A stretch of 64,000 nt of DNA, taken from NCBI GenBank assembly GCA_002633005.1, contig NMRA01000357.1, positions 386,341 through 450,340 of the forward strand. The letters are read 5' to 3'. Shown one piece after another: positions 62,701 to 64,000 of this stretch (positions are counted from its first letter, which is position 1; every line of letters begins with the position of its first letter). A program made the position numbers and the translations under genes. The DNA comes from Phoronis australis (taxonomy: Eukaryota; Animalia; Phoronida). The notes beneath the pieces were generated by a model. It did not search any database. It saw only the letters and a list, made by a program, of their open reading frames with translations, and was not told the DNA's origin.

Positions 62701-64000
62701 TTAAATTTCACGACGTAACAATGGAAAGATAAACATGTATAAAGTATCTGGTAAAGCATTTATCTCAAATTGGCATAAACTGCTTCACTTAGATGACATA
62801 ACGAAGACAAAAGGGATCGCGTCACAATTGCTTCGGCTGACTAATGGTTTATTTTGGTTTGGTTATATAGTTCAGAGTGATAGAAACGGAAGTGCCAACG
62901 TTGCCTGGCTACCACGAAGGGCCTTATTTTGGACATGGCACAATTTGTGGTTTTCGTGTACAGTGTAGGAGACCTACATATTCGTTGCGACAGATCTGGA
63001 AATAAGTTTGTAGGGCAGCTTTCTCTCAGTCATTGACACTTCATATCACCATGAAGAATTTGCTGTATTCTCAGATTGTATGCTCATACTGTATTACACG
63101 TCGTGTATATTCAGGTGCTTCTGTGTGAGTCCAGATGGCAAAGAGATCGAGAACTTCCTTGGAGTCGATAGGCGGAGCTCTGACCATCTCACATGTGGTA
63201 TGGCCACTGCTTTATGTATTGTAAAATGAAAAAGTTTAGAAGCTTATCTGGGCTGCCACTCATGAACGGCTGGCATATAGCGCACATGTATGTTACAAGT
63301 GAATGTTGTGCACGATTTTCTTTTTGCAAAATCTCCCGCTTTGCACACGTGCAGAAAGCCAAGACATGCCGACCATTTTGCATAAACTGCGTTTACAACT
63401 TTAATATTTCGTGTCAGTGTTACTTAAACTTTCGCGGAAAAGCTTTACTCGACTTTCGCAATGCTTTGTATTCAATCCATCACTCTTGTCGTGTTTTCTG
63501 CAACAGGTTGTGCCAGGGAACACTACTCACAAATGACGGCTGGTAATGACCATCCAACCGTACACTGCGACAATGTAGGAAATTATCATCAGGTTCAGTG
63601 TAAGGAGGGGGCGTGCTTTTGTGCAGACCCGAGCAGTGGCGCGCCAGTCGAAGGCACTCAACTTCCAGAAGCGGAAAAGAAGAAACTGGAAGTAAAATGC
63701 GTTATGGAGAAAAAGCGTAAGTGAAAGAAAAATAATTAGTGTGATTAATCCGATCAAAGCAAAATAATTCAGAACTGTGTGCGATGAGATCTTTAATAAA
63801 GTTTAAAAAATTAAAAAATCGATTTCCCGAGTATACTTGTTCACTGCTGTTGCTGCTCTGCGTTGTAAAAAGCAATAAATTGGCATGACCGGAGAGACGG
63901 TAGAGGATTATCATTATTCTGTGAAATTACAAAATTGTAACTATTAAAATCATATTCCTAATCACTAGTTCCATCTTAATTTCAGAAACAATGATGCCCT
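18022..64000 (+). CDS. Gene 2: secreted protein with 8 tandem lipocalin domains + Ser-Gly GAG region + 2x thyroglobulin type-1 domains (3' end beyond window)
   Basis: 38 GT-AG exons join in one open frame (~4564 nt in window). Signal peptide MDSVLVAIVWALIIHCVGS. Eight 4-exon units carry GxW, WTDY-like and LSR/IHR lipocalin motifs. Then SG exon 60189-60350, Tg-1 exons 62433-62598, 63115-63197, 63507-63716, and a further exon starting at 63986. Confidence 0.9.
21326..26885 (+). CDS. Gene 2 lipocalin domain 2
   Basis: Exons 21326-21381 (KSCDVQSFPVQENFDMTK, ApoD/RBP-like N-terminus), 22248-22420 (VGKWF..GKWRADH), 24958-25028 (HIDG..YMDKYHS), 26685-26885 (FIWTDYETALVYE..LCIDDK). Confidence 0.88.
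22950..24200 (-). mobile_element. Degraded CR1/jockey-group LINE reverse-transcriptase fragment
   Basis: Minus-strand frameshifted motifs: LTCTCCKILEH, SCKSQLLTFANDL..DSKAF (cf. SCETQL..DFSKAFD) and GAAQGSNYGPVIFLLFINDLP (cf. [21 protein letters not shown]). Confidence 0.8.
27751..30160 (+). CDS. Gene 2 lipocalin domain 3
   Basis: Exons 27751-27806 (ECNPNVTMIQENFDIEK), 28536-28705 (GENWY..VGKWKADH), 29556-29626 (HIDG..YVDSTHS), 29951-30160 (FVWTDYSSALVYE..LCLKRP). Confidence 0.88.
30490..30537 (+). CDS. Gene 2 48-nt linker micro-exon between domains 3 and 4
   Basis: ttttttcag acceptor and G|gtaagg donor, phase 1-1. Encodes QKSNGHQVPTLETSNT. Confidence 0.65.
30723..41872 (+). CDS. Gene 2 lipocalin domain 4 (first intron contains nested transposons)
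   Basis: Exons 30723-30772 (KCNASNQVAGNFTMHK), 39457-39590 (FVGRWY..GKWRADH), 39834-39901 (..YSDDTHS), 41654-41872 (VVWTDYNTALVYE..FIHR..LCLT). Confidence 0.88.
31344..31448. mobile_element. Short PIF/Harbinger-like MITE
   Basis: Inverted ends GGCTCCATTTCATGAAA...TTGTGAAATGGGGAC, flanked by CAG on both sides. Similar ends occur near 12436 and 16998. Confidence 0.45.
33728..37208 (+). mobile_element. Sola3 DNA transposon, degraded, nested in the Academ ORF
   Basis: TTAA TSD (33724-33727, 37209-37212). TIR GAGACAGTCCATATAAAAACCA...TGGTTTTTATATGGAGTCACTT, with long arms. Transposase relic SGNAGCYHS...RYDFSESQNGKDLCDRKIAPLK (34863-35228). Confidence 0.85.
34863..35228 (+). pseudogene. Sola3 DDD transposase fragment
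   Basis: S(D>G)NAGCYH and RYDFS..QxGKxxCDR motifs. Flanking frameshifts and stops. Confidence 0.75.
40620..40854 (-). mobile_element. tRNA-derived SINE
   Basis: Minus strand reads GAGGCAGTGTGGCCTAGTGTG (A box)...GGTCGTGGGTTCGAGTCCCACTGGGTCAC (B box), followed by a non-tRNA body (ACCCTTGAGTCAG...). No clean cloverleaf. Confidence 0.7.
42096..44600 (+). CDS. Gene 2 lipocalin domain 5
   Basis: Exons 42096-42145, 42410-42543 (FTGKWYIYH..HVGKWRADH), 43463-43530 (..YSDSTHT), 44382-44600 (ILWTNYNFGLLYER..LIHR..MCLT). Confidence 0.88.
43880..44134. mobile_element. hAT-like MITE (CATGCGCGCACCCAG TIR family)
   Basis: Inverted ends CATGCGCGCACCCAG...CTGGGTGCGCCCAT. A relative lies at 47194-47448, and related ends occur near 14578 and 24515. 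Confidence 0.6.
45750..45770 (+). pseudogene. Truncated duplicate of a lipocalin N-terminal exon
   Basis: gacactcagtcttgtctttttctttag|AAACGTGCAAACCAA mirrors gacacttgtcttgtattttag|AAATATGCAAACCAA at 46299, but lacks the rest of the exon and its donor. Confidence 0.5.
46299..48358 (+). CDS. Gene 2 lipocalin domain 6
   Basis: Exons 46299-46348, 46472-46605 (FTGKWYIHQGTHLHVGKWRAE), 46824-46891 (..YSDESHS), 48140-48358 (IVWTDYNFALIYER..FIHR..LCLT). Confidence 0.88.
47194..47448. mobile_element. hAT-like MITE (same family as 43880-44134, opposite orientation)
   Basis: CATGCCCGCACCGGGGG...GGCTGAGGGCGCCCATG. Shares the GAGCCCCC/GGGGCTC and CATTTGGCGAAGTGG motifs with the 43880 copy. Confidence 0.55.
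49620..51773 (+). CDS. Gene 2 lipocalin domain 7
   Basis: Exons 49620-49669, 49963-50096 (FTGKWYITHEKHVHVGKWRSDH), 50767-50834 (..YSDGTHS), 51555-51773 (VVWTDYNIALVYER..FIHK..LCLT). Confidence 0.88.
53985..54937 (+). mobile_element. Helentron/HINE-like non-autonomous repeat (approximate)
   Basis: CACCAAATTTGGTACACAG and a (GGTCAA)n run at ~54099-54133. 3' end GACCTC...GCTCTTGT resembles the end of the 60750-62320 element. Confidence 0.4.
55985..56050 (+). mobile_element. tRNA-derived SINE head / tRNA-like relic
   Basis: A box GGCTGAGTGG and B box GGTTCGAAACC, but spacing too short for an intact tRNA. Confidence 0.45.
56674..59931 (+). CDS. Gene 2 lipocalin domain 8
   Basis: Exons 56674-56723 (KCVVNQRVAPNFDIHK), 58118-58251 (FVGKWY..HVGKWRAD), 59125-59192 (..YSDALHT), 59713-59931 (VVWTTSNLTLIYE..FLHR..FCLT). 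Confidence 0.88.
57850..57908 (+). repeat. Degenerate (TTTGCA)n microsatellite
   Basis: GCATTTGCATTTGCATTTGCTTTTGCAACTGCTTTTGCTTTTGCATACATTTACATTT. Confidence 0.75.
60189..60350 (+). CDS. Gene 2 exon: Ser-Gly-rich putative glycosaminoglycan attachment region
   Basis: Phase 1-1 exon GSGESASSGDGSGETGPSFSSGDVSSGELDSSASVEGSGVGSGDVGSGSVHRLT (8 SG). Not present in the ORF track. Confidence 0.8.
60750..62320 (-). mobile_element. Helentron-associated (HINE/DINE-1-like) element with internal tandem array
   Basis: Subterminal inverted repeat ATGCACCCAC (60774) / GTGGGCGCAT (62308), hairpin CCACATATAAATATGTGG, and (CGGA)-type microsatellite at 62231-62266. One end is ACAAGAG and both flanks are A-rich. 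Internal repeat units start at ~60831, 61121, 61515 and 61957. Confidence 0.75.
62433..63716 (+). CDS. Gene 2 exons for two thyroglobulin type-1 domains
   Basis: 62433-62598 (TC..PVCEQDGSYSAKQC), 63115-63197 (CFCVSPDG..C), 63507-63716 (CAR..HCDNVGNYHQVQCKEGACFCADPSSGAPVEGT..C). Exon-by-exon paralogous to gene 1. Confidence 0.88.

Overview
Eukaryotic, intron-rich and repeat-rich genomic DNA, most likely from a marine invertebrate (the taxon cannot be fixed from the sequence). Most ORFs in the supplied track are spurious. Manual splicing at GT-AG sites with consistent phases gives two tandem + strand paralogous genes for modular, probably secreted proteins. Gene 1 (5' end unresolved, ~2685-10879) encodes lipocalin domain + Ser-Gly glycosaminoglycan-acceptor repeat + antistasin-like domain + 2 thyroglobulin type-1 domains + an EVPK-rich tail. 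Gene 2 (18022 to >64000, at least 38 exons, at least ~1520 aa) encodes signal peptide + EIGHT tandem lipocalin domains, the later ones His-rich, + Ser-Gly region + 2 thyroglobulin type-1 domains. The lipocalin-GAG-inhibitor layout parallels vertebrate AMBP but uses different inhibitor folds. Mobile elements lie in introns and between the genes: an internally deleted Kolobok (THAP + KolX/P2X7-ballast-like ORFs), an Academ with a Sola3 nested inside it, a CR1-like LINE relic, Helentron/HINE-like elements, tRNA-derived SINEs and several MITEs.
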